Origin: Takakia lepidozioides
Lineage: Eukaryota > Plantae > Bryophyta
Assembly (NCBI GenBank): GCA_030704615.1
Contig: CM060731.1
Coordinates: 37,324,001-37,388,000, forward strand
Reading direction: 5' to 3'
DNA: 64,000 nt
Position numbers and translations under genes: made by a program. Shown piece after piece: positions 38,520 to 50,632 of the stretch. The stretch's first letter is position 1. Each line of letters opens with the position of its first letter. The notes below the pieces were generated by a model. That model was not told where the DNA came from, made no database searches, and saw only the letters and a program-made list of their open reading frames with translations.

Positions 38520-39244
38520 CCTGGAGTATGAGTGCCCACCGTGCAAGCTTTCTTGTACGCTTGTCTGACTCCATCAACCACTTGAGTGGCTGGTGATCTG
38601 TGACAATGATGAAGAGATTGTCGTATAGATAGCACCTGAAGTGTGCCACGGCCCACACTGCAGCTAAGCACTCTCCCTTATATGAGCTATACTTAGCATC
38701 TGCAGCGTTGTTTGAGTGGCTAGCATAAGCTACTACGAACTCTCTTCCCTTATCATCCACCTATGTGAACACCGCTCCAAGCCCTAACATGCTCCAATTT
38801 GTATGCAGCTGAAAAGGACGTCCCTTGATAGGTCGTCTCAAGATGGACGCCGAGGTCAACCTCACCTTGAGCTCTTGAAAAGCTCGTTCTTGCTCATCTT
38901 CTCACTGCCACTCCTGGTCCACCTTGGTCAGCTTGGTTAGAGCCTTTGCAATGGCACTAAATCCCTTGACAAACCGTCTATAATAGTTTGTCAACCCCAT
39001 GAAAGCTCAAACTCGGCTCACATCCATGGGGCGTGGAATCTGTGCAATGGCCTCTACCTTAGTCTGCTGTACCCCCAATCCTCCAGGATATATCATGTGA
39101 CCCAGATACTTAATCTGATTGTGGAAAAACTTGCACTTCCCCGGATGTAACTTCAATCCGTGCGCCCTCAAGCGCTCAAATACCACCTGAAGGTGTCTCT
39201 CATGCTCTTCCACCGTAGCACTAAAGATGATGATATCATTTATG

Positions 39245-39558
39245 TGCCAAAGGTGAGCGGTCACTGTGTCTCTCACGCTAAGACTGCCTCCCTGATTCCA
39301 AGATACTATCCATTGTCAGGTGTGCTAGCCGCTACACCCCATCAAATGCACGCTTGAGCAGTGCGGGTGACATCAAGTTGGTCCACCAGAGCCGTGGACG
39401 ATGAGCCCGTGACCCCATTGCAGCTGCATCCAAACACACTGTTGGCCCAAACCACGACCCACTTGATGCACATTGGCCATCACCTTGGCCCAAGAATCAC
39501 CCATCAATGGCACATTCTCCAAGATATATGCCGGAGAGTCTGCCTGCTGAAGCTGTAA
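39245..39558 (-). pseudogene. C5 cytosine DNA methyltransferase (DNMT3-like), motifs VI-VIII
   Basis: Hand translation: LQLQQADSPAYILENVPLMGDS…(frameshift)SWFGPTVCLDAAAMGSRAHRPRLWWTNL. ENV at 39511-39519, RPR at 39392-39400. Confidence 0.85.
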
Positions 39559-41220
39559 TTCAGCACCTTGAGAGGCCGCCTATGGACGATTACTACGAGT
39601 TCAGGCGAGGACATGAGGCAGAGATTGAGGAGTGGAAGATGTATTGGTCACCTAACTACGTCTCCATTATTCGAGGTATGACGCGACTAGCAGCTGCATC
39701 AGCACCAACATCTCCTACTGCAAGCACTAGTAGTGGAACAAGTGGTGTCAGTACTTCTGCAGGTGGTACCAGTTCTAAAGGTGTTACCACTCCTCCTACC
39801 ACGACTACAACACTCGTGCGTGCCTTCAACCATGTTGTGGAGTTCTTCGAGGAATTAAGGAGGAACTAACGAGGAGTACAAACGGAAAAGCTGCGGAGTT
39901 TGCAAGACTTCCAGCGCAAGTCTAGTGAGAGCTTGCGAGAAGCCTACACTCGTATGAGACGCTTGATAAGTGTGACCCAAGGGGTTACTGAAGCTCAGGC
40001 AGTCCAGTTTTGGTATGGAATTTTGGACAATGAACTCAGGAGAAGGGTGCGGAATGCAACCCTGTTACAAGCGGCCCAACCCATTTTAGCAGATGTATTT
40101 CTACTGGTTGAGCGGATTGAACTCAACATGGTCGAGAAGCGAGTTGTTACCATTGGATTTAGCAAAGACATGCCTGCACGAGGCGCAGCTGCCAGCCAAC
40201 AAGCACAAGGGACTACCCAATAGCGTGGTCAGGGGGGCAAGGTTGCCCAACCCAAATTCCATGGAGCTTACAAGGGACCTAAGGTGCAGAGGCCAGTAGT
40301 AGCTTTTGTAGGCCAACAACAACCAGAGGTGGTGTGTTGCACATGTGGTGGACCCCATGTCAAGAAAGATTGCCCAGAGAGTGGCAAAAGGCTGGCACAA
40401 GCAAGCCTGCACAGTTGCAGTGTGGGCATTATGGCAAGTATGGGCATGGAGAGGCCTAGTGTTATGACTTGCACCCTGAGTTGCGACGAGGCCAGTTGTA
40501 TATGCGGGGCAACATTCGGAGGACCACTTCTATAGGTGGATTCTACTGCAGCTGTGACTCGAGGAGCAACACGAATTCATGAGCCACAAGGTGCAGAGGT
40601 GAAGTTAGATCCACAGCGTGGGGAGGCAAGCCATCAGGCCAGGCTGCCTCAATCATTCACATTGGCGGAGATAGTGTCGACACTATATATGGCCCCTGGT
40701 TCTCGCCCGACGGATACCGGTCGAGGCGAAGGTTATTGTACCATTGGGGAGAACTACACGTGCAGCACCGACACCTACTGCCAAGGCTAGTACAGCCAGT
40801 GTGCTATTGGGGACGGCCACCTCTGTGTATCAGGCCCCGCTGTTCTCGGCAACCATGATTGCGTCGTCGGGGGTAAGACCATGCCAGCTGCAGTGTTCAG
40901 ACTAGCAGCAACACTCTGTAAGAATGGGGATGTCACTTCATCTTCTACGGAGTTAGTAGAAGGTGCAGTGGCGGAATGATCATTGGATTTGAGGATCAAG
41001 ACTACTACCGCTGCACCATGACAAACTGCAGCTGCCAGGTTGATGGAGTTGTTAGCTAGGCCAGCCATTGAGTGCGTCATGGTGACACCTAGAGTTGTTT
41101 TGTTGGACAACCAGGATGGTGTTTTTTGTTTGAGTGGGCCGACGGACAAGAGGTTTCAGCCACTATGAGTATTGCTGGACTCGGGAGCTCAGCCACTTAT
41201 GCTGGGCAGAGCTACGGTGT
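39559..41220 (+). pseudogene. Inverted gag remainder + protease N-terminus of the DNMT-bearing element
   Basis: FQHLERPPMDDY…, FQRKSSESLREAYTRMRRL, knuckle CCTCGGPHVKKDC, protease VLLDSGAQPLMLG at ~41169-41207. Confidence 0.8.
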
Positions 41221-41221
41221 T

Positions 41222-41402
41222 TGCAGTTTGTGGACACCAGCAAGCCTTGCCAGCAGACATCTCTTTGCTGGGGGCGCAGGATTTGGATCAGGTTGGCCCT
41301 ATTCACTTGGTAGTGGCAGGTTGGCCTTGCCATTCATCAGCCGGACATGGCAATGGGTTATAAGACTCGAGGTCACGCCTATTTTGGGAGATGTTGAGGA
41401 TC
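41222..41402 (+). pseudogene. C5 cytosine DNA methyltransferase, motifs III-V (inverted piece)
   Basis: LPADISLLGAQDLDQVGPIHLVVAGWPCHSSAGHGNGL*DSRSRLFWEMLRI. Catalytic PC dipeptide at 41325-41330. Confidence 0.85.
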
Positions 41403-42246
41403 AGGATTGCACATCTGCTGCAAATCACACCAGCTGTCGAACTTCTGGATAAAATCATCCAGCTCGATTGTGCCCAAAGCTCCAGAGTACATACGAGGCC
41501 CCTTGGTAGCTCCATACATCTCCTCCATGTCGTCCCACAACAATGGCGAAGGAAACTGCACACCCGTTGATGAAACCTCCGAGTCTGTGTCAGACTCTGC
41601 CCCAGATGAAGGTGGGGGTGAAGGTGGTCTGAACTGAATCCCTCACCTCGTGAACCCACTGACAGTACTGGTGCTAGTGTTGGCATGTCCTTCTGAACCC
41701 TCTGGCAACTCCGTGATGCTCGTTGCTATCCAAACCTGTCTATGTGACACTGTAAGGCTCTATAGCTAGCTCCAACAGTGACACGGGTGGGCACCTGTTG
41801 CGGCTTAAAAGGTCATGTCCCAATGGCTAAGGGCACCTGCACCTGCATCTATTGCAAGAACTCCTATGGTTGGCTGGTCATCAACCCAGCCTCATCATAG
41901 AAGAAACATTGGTGGTCTTGCTGATCGTCACTCCAGCCTCACCACTGACAACATACTCTAGGATTGACCGGTGATCAAATCCGGCCTAATCCCTATGAAA
42001 GCAAACGCCCACACAAACCAACAGTACAGATTCTCCATAGCTTTGGGGGTGTGCTTGGCTTGACTCGTAATGTATGAGTGATGGTGTCTAATTATTATAA
42101 TCACTCGAGAGAGATGAGCCTCACTGCACGTTCACCGTGAAGATAAGCCACGCCCAGGGGCCAACAAATATCTTGACCCCTGGGTTGACACTTGAATCAA
42201 GCCCAAGTGTCATATATAAAAACTAGTTATTTATTGGCTAGTTTCA

Positions 42247-43158
42247 CACTACTAGTAAACTTTACTTGACACATTTTCTTGTGCCGTAAAAAATGTTTTA
42301 AATTTTTGTAGTGTATTTTGCATGACCTTATAGGGCATAATTTAACGAGTAAGTAGACCGGGAGCGATGCTACAGCGTGAGCGGTGAGTGCACGCTCATG
42401 CAGGGCTGTTGTGGCGTGAGCGCAGGCTGACGCACTGTGACGTGGCCACGTCAGCATGAGCGGATGCCACGTCAGTGCGAGCGGAGGCCACGTCAACAAA
42501 TGCCAGACGATGGACGGTCGAAGAAATGGTACATATTCCCGTTGGACCTATGTCCGTTGAAATATGTATGTATAGTCTGATGAAATTAGACCCAATCATG
42601 AAAGAAGAGCCCATGGCTTCAATGAATAGATAGGACTATAAACTGTCGACCTATGCTGCATATTGCAAAGAAGATGACAAAGAATCCACCATCTTCAAAG
42701 CCATTCAAGACATTGCAGAAATGGTGTCTTTCGAAGCACACCGTTTTTGCCCCACCCAAAAGACTCTTTTGAGGTATTTTCTGACAACAACAGAAATATG
42801 GAGGGTACTTCAAAGTGATTGATGTGTTTTTCCCCCACCCAAAAGGGGGAGTGGAATTTAACTATCATGGAAATTCTTAACATTAACAATGACTTACTCA
42901 CAATCAAGCATAATTCCTAGAAATGAAACATGTGCAAAACTCAAAATCTGATTGCAAGATAGACTCTAAACCCTAAAACCTAAAACCTAATACCTAAACC
43001 CAAACACTAAGTTAGACCCCCAAACCCCAAACCTTGACACCAACCCAAACCCCAAAAGCCCTGCAACCCCCAGACTTCCAGCAGGGGGAATGGAAATGGC
43101 AACACTGCGTACCTGCGTATACGAAGCATGAACACAAGAACGAACCCTATAAGTAGTG
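42247..43158. mobile_element. Possible degenerate CACTA-derived element
   Basis: CACTACT at 42247 and AGTAGTG ending at 43158. TIR match is only 7 bp and the flanks (TCA/TGC) are not a TSD. Confidence 0.35.
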
Positions 43159-43159
43159 T

Positions 43160-43730
43160 GCGTCACCGCACTTTCAAAAGCATCTGCGGGGCGGAAAAAA
43201 AAAAAAAAAAAAAAAAAAAACTTGTGTGGGATGGGCAGACTGCAGAGAAGTCGTGCCCAGAAAGGGTGTGCAGCACCGCACACCACTTTCAGTGGCATAT
43301 GTGGAGAAAAAAAAAAAAAAAAAAAAAAAAGTGTGTCGGATGGGCAGACTGCAGAGAATTTGTGCCCTAAAAGGGTGTGCGACACCGCACACCACTTCCA
43401 GTGGCATCTGCAGAGAAAAAAAATAAAAATAAAAAACGTGTGTGGGATGGGCAGACTATAGAGAAGTCGTGCCCTGAAAGTGCGGTGCGGTGTGTGGTGC
43501 GGCACCGCACACCACTTTAAGTGGATCTACGTAAATAAATAAATAAATAAATAACGTGTGTGGGATGGGCAGACTGCAAAGAAGTTGTGCCTTGAAGGGT
43601 GTGCGACACCGCACACCACTTTCAATGGCATTTGCGCGGGGGTGGGCAAAATAAATAAATAAATAAATGGGATGGGGAGACTAGAGAGAAGTCGTGCACA
43701 GAAGACTATCCCCTGAAAGTGGTGTGCCCA
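43160..43730. repeat. Tandem array of about five ~110-125 bp units with poly-A spacers
   Basis: Repeated TGTGGGATGGGCAGACTGCAGAGAAGT…CACCGCACACCACTTTC…A(n). Confidence 0.9.
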
Positions 43731-44019
43731 AGCATACAATCACGCTCCATCTCCCTAACTTCACCCCCCAAAACTGTTACGATCCTTCATGAGTTGTTGG
43801 AGGAGGAGATTCACTCACCCACCATAGCCACAATAATTGATTTTATCTTCGACCATGTGATGTAGTCGTTGATAAAATGTCGGACCAGCCGACAACTGGC
43901 ATGCCTTCATGTGCATCGGCCAACGGTTATAGGTGCCATCTGCGGAAATAGGTACAGTACATTTTATAAAAAAACCCTGAGCGAGCCACTACTCACGATC
44001 TAGCATTCCCCGCAGGCCG

Positions 44020-44101
44020 GGTGCCCGGAAGCAACTCTCTAGGCTGGCGTGGTGTGTTACCGGAACACATTAACCAGCCTGGAGAGTTGATTACGGGCAC
44101 C
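44020..44101. other. Fold-back hairpin 1
   Basis: GGTGCCCGGAAGCAACTCTCTAGGCTGG pairs with CCAGCCTGGAGAGTTGATTACGGGCACC. Confidence 0.8.
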
Positions 44102-44201
44102 ACCAGTCCAACTCGGTAGAAAATTCTATCACAAATTTTACCGCACACAGGAGCGAGATGAAGAGGAGCGCCATAGAAAATTTAATTGTTTTTTTACGCT
44201 C

Positions 44202-44319
44202 GGTAAAGAGCTGGAGCGCGGGTTTATCACCTGTTTGCGGCCCCTATAGAGACTTGGGCTCAGCCCTCGTCTTTACAAGGGCCTTAAAGAGGTGAACGCC
44301 CTTGCTCCAGCTCTTTACC
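44202..44319. other. Fold-back hairpin 2 (MITE-like or pre-miRNA-like)
   Basis: Perfect 16-bp arms GGTAAAGAGCTGGAGC/GCTCCAGCTCTTTACC with imperfect pairing continuing to a short loop. Confidence 0.8.
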
Positions 44320-46711
44320 TTACACATGTCTTTCTAAACAGATAAAAAACTCGTGAGAGGAAACAGTTCAGGAGGGTTCCTTTAAGTTCTTACGTTATTC
44401 CTAGTGCTCTCCTGCATATATATATATATGTAATGACTATGTATAGATTTATATTTGTATGGAGGTAGTATTCCGATTTCTATGTGGTGAGTTGGTTGTT
44501 TTCAAGGTTATGTTTGCTTGTGATAATGGCTGTGAGGAGCGGATAGCATTTTTGAAGTAAGTGGTTGTGGCTCTGGTAGGGTGGGTTTGGTTATGAGGCT
44601 TTGATGCTCTTGGTGTGGATGCCTCCGCATACCACTATCCATCTCTGGCTGTAATAATGTAGTAATGCCATTCTCAAACAAAATCTGTTTCCGCCGGGAA
44701 AACAGAAACCAATCAATTGAAATTGGTGGAAACTGGAAACATTTCAAGTTGATGATATTCAATCAAATTGATGATTGTCATCAAGAAATGGATGAACTTT
44801 ATTCACTAGCAAAGCAAAATGTACGTTCAAGCCACCATAGGTTAATTTTTCGTGGAGTGGAAGGGCAAATGTAGGCATTTTCCTTTTTCTTCTCTTTTAT
44901 AGTTCTACACTCGCAGGATTACCCTTGTGAGCACTGATCACTAGGGATCCCCGCACTACTCTGCGGCACCTTGCAGTCCTTTAACTTGCATGGAAGTGTC
45001 AAAATAGACAAGTACATTGACTCAAATTAGCCATATTAGATAAGCACAGCCCAGCCCAAACTACTAGAGAGCGATCCGAGCACAGAGATGTATGGTAAGG
45101 TACCTTCACAGCCCAGACTTTCATGTAGAAGAGGAAGCAAGGAGTGGAAGAAGAAAAGATTACATTGCCAGTTATTGGCCTTCATGAACTACTGCCCACT
45201 AGCATGTTTGGGCATTGGTACAATAGAATTCTCCACGGATGAGAAATCTTCTCGAGGGTATCCTCCTCTCGAAGTCATACAATGACCTAAATGGAGCCTT
45301 CCGGTTTACTCCTCCTTGATGTCTGGGAAGCTCTTCATCATCTGTTTTACTGGTATGATTGTAATGACATTTTGAACGTGTCATTGCCTATTACTTAGAC
45401 TTGTTAATGGTTAATGATTCAATCTAGAACCGTTATGAAGTGAAGTGAAGTTGGTTTGGTCACCGGGAAAAGTCTTTCTTGGCAGCTTTCGGGTACTGAT
45501 AGACATATTGTTTCCAAGTCTGCAAGACTAGACGAAGTACTGTATGTAACCTCTTGTGTTAATTAATCAATTAAAGTCCTGTGACCTGCAGTACTGCTCT
45601 TTAGGGCAGATTGTATGTGGAGCTCGGCATATCAGCGGTACAAGCCATGGGCTGTAAGTCATTGATCGGCTCAGCAGGCCCGAGACCAGACTCCATGTGA
45701 TGAAATTCACTTCAAAAAACACAGAAGGCAAAAGTTAGTAACCCCAAACGTGACCAAAAGAGGGAATTTTTTTTTTGGAGTACCTAGAAGGCTTCAGACT
45801 GTTGCGTTAGCTTTTTTCATCTAGCCTCTCTAACACTAAATCCATACAGCCCCTTGTTTGGACTGCATGGAGCCCAATGCAATGTTATCACATCATGGCC
45901 TCAGTACTTTGGCGGCTGGTCTGTCTGAGTCTGTCTAGTCTGGCATCCATATAAGCACTCTGGAAACCAGTGTACATATCTACTGTTTGCATCTCCAATT
46001 GGGACAATATCCTGGGCAGAACTCCTCTCGCTCATGTTTCAAGGAATCTGAACTCCCTACTAAATTCCTGAGCCACTGGGCTGAACAAGGGCCAAATGCA
46101 TGGATTATTCAGGACTAATTTCCACCCTCTTTCAACCTAAATCTTTGTAAGAAAATAATAATTCAAGCACTCTCGCTAGGACCTAGAGTTATGGCCCCCA
46201 ATTCATTGATATCAGCCAGCCTCTTTGGCTGCCACTACTCAAGATAGTGTAGGTGGACATGGGGATCCTAAGGGCCTCCATTGACCCTTGGTCTGCAGGT
46301 ATATTATAATCAAAAGTTTTTGGACAGTTTTGAATTTTTCGGACTGGTTTTGAAATCTGTATTATGATCCTGGGTTGATCAGGTGTACAACCTTTAACCT
46401 TGCCATGAAAAACACCCCAGCAAAATTTTAACGGTTGATTGCCGGCCATGAATTCACATTCTCCACGAATTAGTTGTTACAAGGTACAAGAGGTGATTTG
46501 CGATACCTGAAGTTCTGCAGTCTGATGATAGCCCTTTAATAATTAGGTGAGGGACAGGCGGCTTAAGAAAATAAGCTCATTGTTCTCAAGAACATGAAAC
46601 AGGAACTTGTGAGTTCTTTGATGAGTTTAATCACCCTTCAAGAGTTTAGAGACATCTAGGTCGACCGACAACTGGTTGCTATGAGAGAAATTGGGTACCC
46701 TCACCAGCTCA

Positions 46712-49700
46712 TCAGCTTGCGTTTATTTTTTCAGTCCTGGAGGCGGATGTCGGACCTTTCCGCAAGCGTTTCCGCCGGTTGATGAACCAGTCAATCACCT
46801 GCTTCCGCTTCAGCCCGGTCAGTCGCATAATTTCCTCCTTCTCCTTCTCCTGCAGCGTAGATACACGCGTACACAACAATCATCGTAAGGTCCACAATAA
46901 CTTAATCCAACAAAAGATCCGATTTAGATAGACAGATGCAATAAAAGTTACATTCAACTGTGCACGCGCTGGTGCATAATCTGGTTGGATACGTGCACGT
47001 TTACCGTTGGATAAGGCCATTGGCTGTTCTCATTCCACCAGGCTGTCATTACGGACGTGGCGGCTTCCGGCAACTTGACACTCTTAATCCGCTTGCGCAG
47101 TATCTCATCCCGAACCTCCCGAATTTTCTGTCCGTATCCCTGCAGCACATGCAGACCAGTATGTGAAATACAATCACCTCTACTCATGCATGTACACGTA
47201 TTTGAAACCCATCGTTTAACCTCCGTTTAACAATTATCGATCTAACATCAGGATCTAAAATTATAGCTTGGTACCCGACAGCTTGCTTAAGAATTTCAGA
47301 GCATCGAAATGGAGCAGTCTTGTTTGTATTAACTGGAAACGTACAAGACACTGCTGAAAGCTGTTATGGACAGTGGTAGAATTATACTCACGAGCCTGAC
47401 TGACTTTCATTCTGCAGGTTAAGTAGTAGATACCTAGCCTCCGGTCTAGCCTGATCACTTCTCCAGACTCCAACGGCATAAACAACACAATTAGAAATTT
47501 CTGGAACATTATCAGGACCTTCACAAACTTCCCCCGTTCAGCAACCTCGGGTAACGCCTTATCTTTAAATCAAGGGGCTTGAGAAGATCTTGCACACAAG
47601 CACCCTCCTGAGGCGTTTTTAGCATTCAGACCTACAGCACTAGCAATGTTCAGAGAAGTATGAGGAGCGCTCTATCAGTAAGCAAGAGAAGTCAGAATCA
47701 TGATATATAGAGTGCTTGCCTCCTTGAGTTCCGCTTTGAGCTTCTGGCGTACGCGTTCCAAGAAGATACGGTTCTCAGGTTCCAGTGGCCCGAAACCCTC
47801 AGTATTATGTTCATGGGCGTCTAAGTTTGGGTCATATGCAAGAAAATCGCCTTCGTGGTACTTTTCATCTTCTTCATCAGACATGGTAGCTCCTGTGCCA
47901 TAAACCGGGGATGCTCCTGTGGAGTTCACCCATTGTTTTCCAAGGATAATTAAATGTTCAGTTGTAATACTTGAGCTCAGCTAAGTATGATTGCAGATAT
48001 CTAACAATTCCTACAATTATGACCCAGGCACGGAATGCAGCTCGGCCACTAGCTAGACTCTAATTACATCCTGTAGCTAGAGGGAAGCACAATAGCTCGA
48101 GCTCAACTTCCAATAGGTGTCTCGGATGCGCATTAGAGTTGGGTAAATACCCTGGTGGGCTGCGACCGGACCATCGGCTCAAGGAGGTTTAGAACTAGTT
48201 AGTTTCCCGCGGGGTCTATACATGCCAGATTAATTTGCATATGTAGAAACAACTTACATGGTCTAAATTCGAGAAGGGACATCGATCAGCTCAATTATAC
48301 TAAAGAGCTTTCAGGGATGGAGAAGTTGTGGGCCCTATCTAAGTATGTACACGTACAATGGACACCCCACATAACTACTAGCCAAGTTAATCTCCTTACC
48401 TGTCAATCTATAAAGTTCCTGCTCCATGTTCCAGCAGAAGCTCATAGCGTCAGCCACATCACCCTCAAGATGTTGCTGCAAATCAGTGAGTAGGGAAATG
48501 TACTCGACCTGCAAAATCCAAACGACAAGTGCTTCAGCAATTAACCTACTGCACCATTTGCAACATCTAAACACAGCAATGTATATATGCTAGCAAGAAA
48601 GTATCTGAATGAAATGGAGCATCTAGAGCTATTCAAAGAAAGAAGTACCAGGAAATATAAATAGCTCAGCCAAGAACAGAGTCAGATGCTCTTTACACTT
48701 GGAATAGGTCACGCATGCAACGTAGAGAACTGAATTTTGAGTATCATTAAAGCTCGCATATTATGCCATACACACAGAGAACACGACCCCAACCTTTAAG
48801 TTGGCCTAAATAATCTTGAGCCTCGTCCCCTTCCGGGTACTGGCCCTTTGGGGTGTGGGCTCTATCATATTCCTGCCATATATACATATAATTAGTCGTT
48901 TGCAAAGAACGCACATAAGCTTTCAGTAGGTGACTCACTCTAAAGCCTACTCTTTACCAAAGACAAATAAGTGGAAACTTGGTGACTCCAGGTACTGGAA
49001 TCGACCTATCTTCCAGTCATCTTATCAGGGGTCCCTTACCATGTCCTGATCAAGCTCCGCCTTCTCTTCCGGGCTGATATTGAGCTGGTCGAGGCTCAAA
49101 ACAGAATACTTCCTGGTTATAGTAGGAACATGCGCCACCTGCTCGTCAATGAATGGTTGCAGATCCGCTGGCGTACCCACCCGAAGGCAGGCAACATGGG
49201 CTGCCAGCAGGTTTGGATATAGAGGGTGCGCAACAATCATTGCTTTCTGTTTTTCACTTTCCCATTCTGCTCTTTTCCTGAGTTCATTTTCCAAGTTAGC
49301 CTGCATGATCACAAAAAGGCGTCCGTTCATTAGGAATATTTGTTCAAACACCGAATTTTGCATCCATTTGAGGGAAAATGATCAATGCATCACTGTAGTA
49401 CCCCAATAAGTAGCCTAGGAAATGAGGAGCGGGGAGAGGGGTTGAAAGGTCAGAGGCACAAGGACGGTGCCAGGAAAAAATTGTACAACTTTGGAAAACT
49501 GAAGACAACATTGACCTCATATCATTGGCTAGGGCACTATGGTAAAGACCAGTGCAGTGATCACTGTGATAGAGATACTACCGCTTTCACGTCCCACCGT
49601 GATCGACGTTTTGGTATCTACAGCACTATTGTAAAGGACATAGAGCTCGAGAATGGAAAAACAAATTCAGTAGTGGTACCTGATAGTCAAAACTCTGCTC

Positions 49701-50632
49701 ATTTGCATTCTCTGTGTCCGGAAAGCTGAAAAACTCCTCTTCGGCCATTTTCCTGGCCTGAGAGACATCCAGTTCACTAGGGATTAGACTCGAATGGCGA
49801 CCTGCTAGAGAAAAACTTCATGAAAGCCTCCTGGGCTTCCCCTTCCTCATTCACCCGGTCACAATGTCTTTAACTTTGCGATCTGCATAAAAGAAGACAA
49901 TATACTGTAGCAGTATTGTTACTCTTTCAGAACTATAAATCACAAGGAGGATTATAGTCGTGCTACCTCGTCGAATATCTTCTGATTTGAATGATCATCC
50001 TCTCTATCCATTGACTCCATGAAAATCAGCTCTGTGTCTCGTCCATCCTGACACAGATCCATCTCAGTACTGGCAACATGCAGGTGAGACCTGCTGAAAG
50101 TCGGATCTTCACCAAGTTCATCAAGGTTTTGATGAGGCTGGAATATGGCGCCCTCCGTTGACAGCCAATGTGCATAGCTCTGATTCGCATAAGATGAAGA
50201 GCTGCACTCCCCGGGAGGCCGCATCAGCATCCCACAAATGCAATGTAAACCACTTGATGCACAAACAGGACACCATATCTGTGTGGCATCATGACCACCT
50301 TGAGTATGAGATTGTGTGTGGTGACCCATTAATGAAGCGTCACTGAACCAAGCTGGAGCTCCTTGTTTGACGCTGGACTCGTTTTCTGGGCTTCCAAGAA
50401 AATGCCCATCTTCCGAGTCTGAATCTACCATCTTCTCCTTTCCCTTACTACCACTGGGTTTGACACTGCATTCCTGCTCTCGGCTTGCAGGAAATTGTCC
50501 GACTTCCGAATTTGCATCTATCAGCTTTTCCTTTCCTTCACTGCGCGGATTTTGCATTCCGCCCTGAATTTCAGAATTCTCCCCACAGTCATCTGGCATT
50601 TGCTTCTCGTAACTTTCCGTGGGATCAGGCAT
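46712..50632 (-). CDS. KNOX2: Class II KNOX transcription factor, paralogue B, ~527 aa; exons 50632-49967, 49757-49680, 49300-49040, 48508-48400, 47916-47720, 47139-47005, 46849-46712
   Basis: Same exon structure and phases as paralogue A. KNOX1 [21 protein letters not shown]; [20 protein letters not shown]; homeodomain WPYPT|EKEK…[12 protein letters not shown]. Confidence 0.88.

Larger units (their letters stand above)
33390..42190 (-). mobile_element. Decayed Ty3/gypsy retrotransposon with domain order gag-PR-DNMT-RT-RH-IN; hosts a CACTA and a Tcn1-like insertion; internal inversion 39559-41402
   Basis: IN zinc finger HAHEELGHFG…QYWW…C at 33395-34790. RH ARWALILQ|EYDF split by the insertion at 35243-38519. 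RT C-terminus 39007-39240. gag N-terminus DDFIQKFDSWCD on the minus strand at 41403-41560. Outer ends not resolved. Confidence 0.85.

Noticed and set aside
42150-42190. 5' LTR start or PBS of the DNMT-gypsy element (TGTCAA plus a CCCAGGGG hairpin on the minus strand)
   Set aside because: No second LTR in the window to confirm it.
42965-43060. Telomere-like AAACCCT repeats (also TTAGGGTTTAGGG at ~58721)
   Set aside because: Short and degenerate; typical transposon-internal or telo-box motifs, not a telomere array.
43160-43730. CRISPR-like array or ORFs 42987-43739
   Set aside because: Eukaryotic context; units are wholly repeated with poly-A spacers, and the ORFs are low-complexity artefacts.
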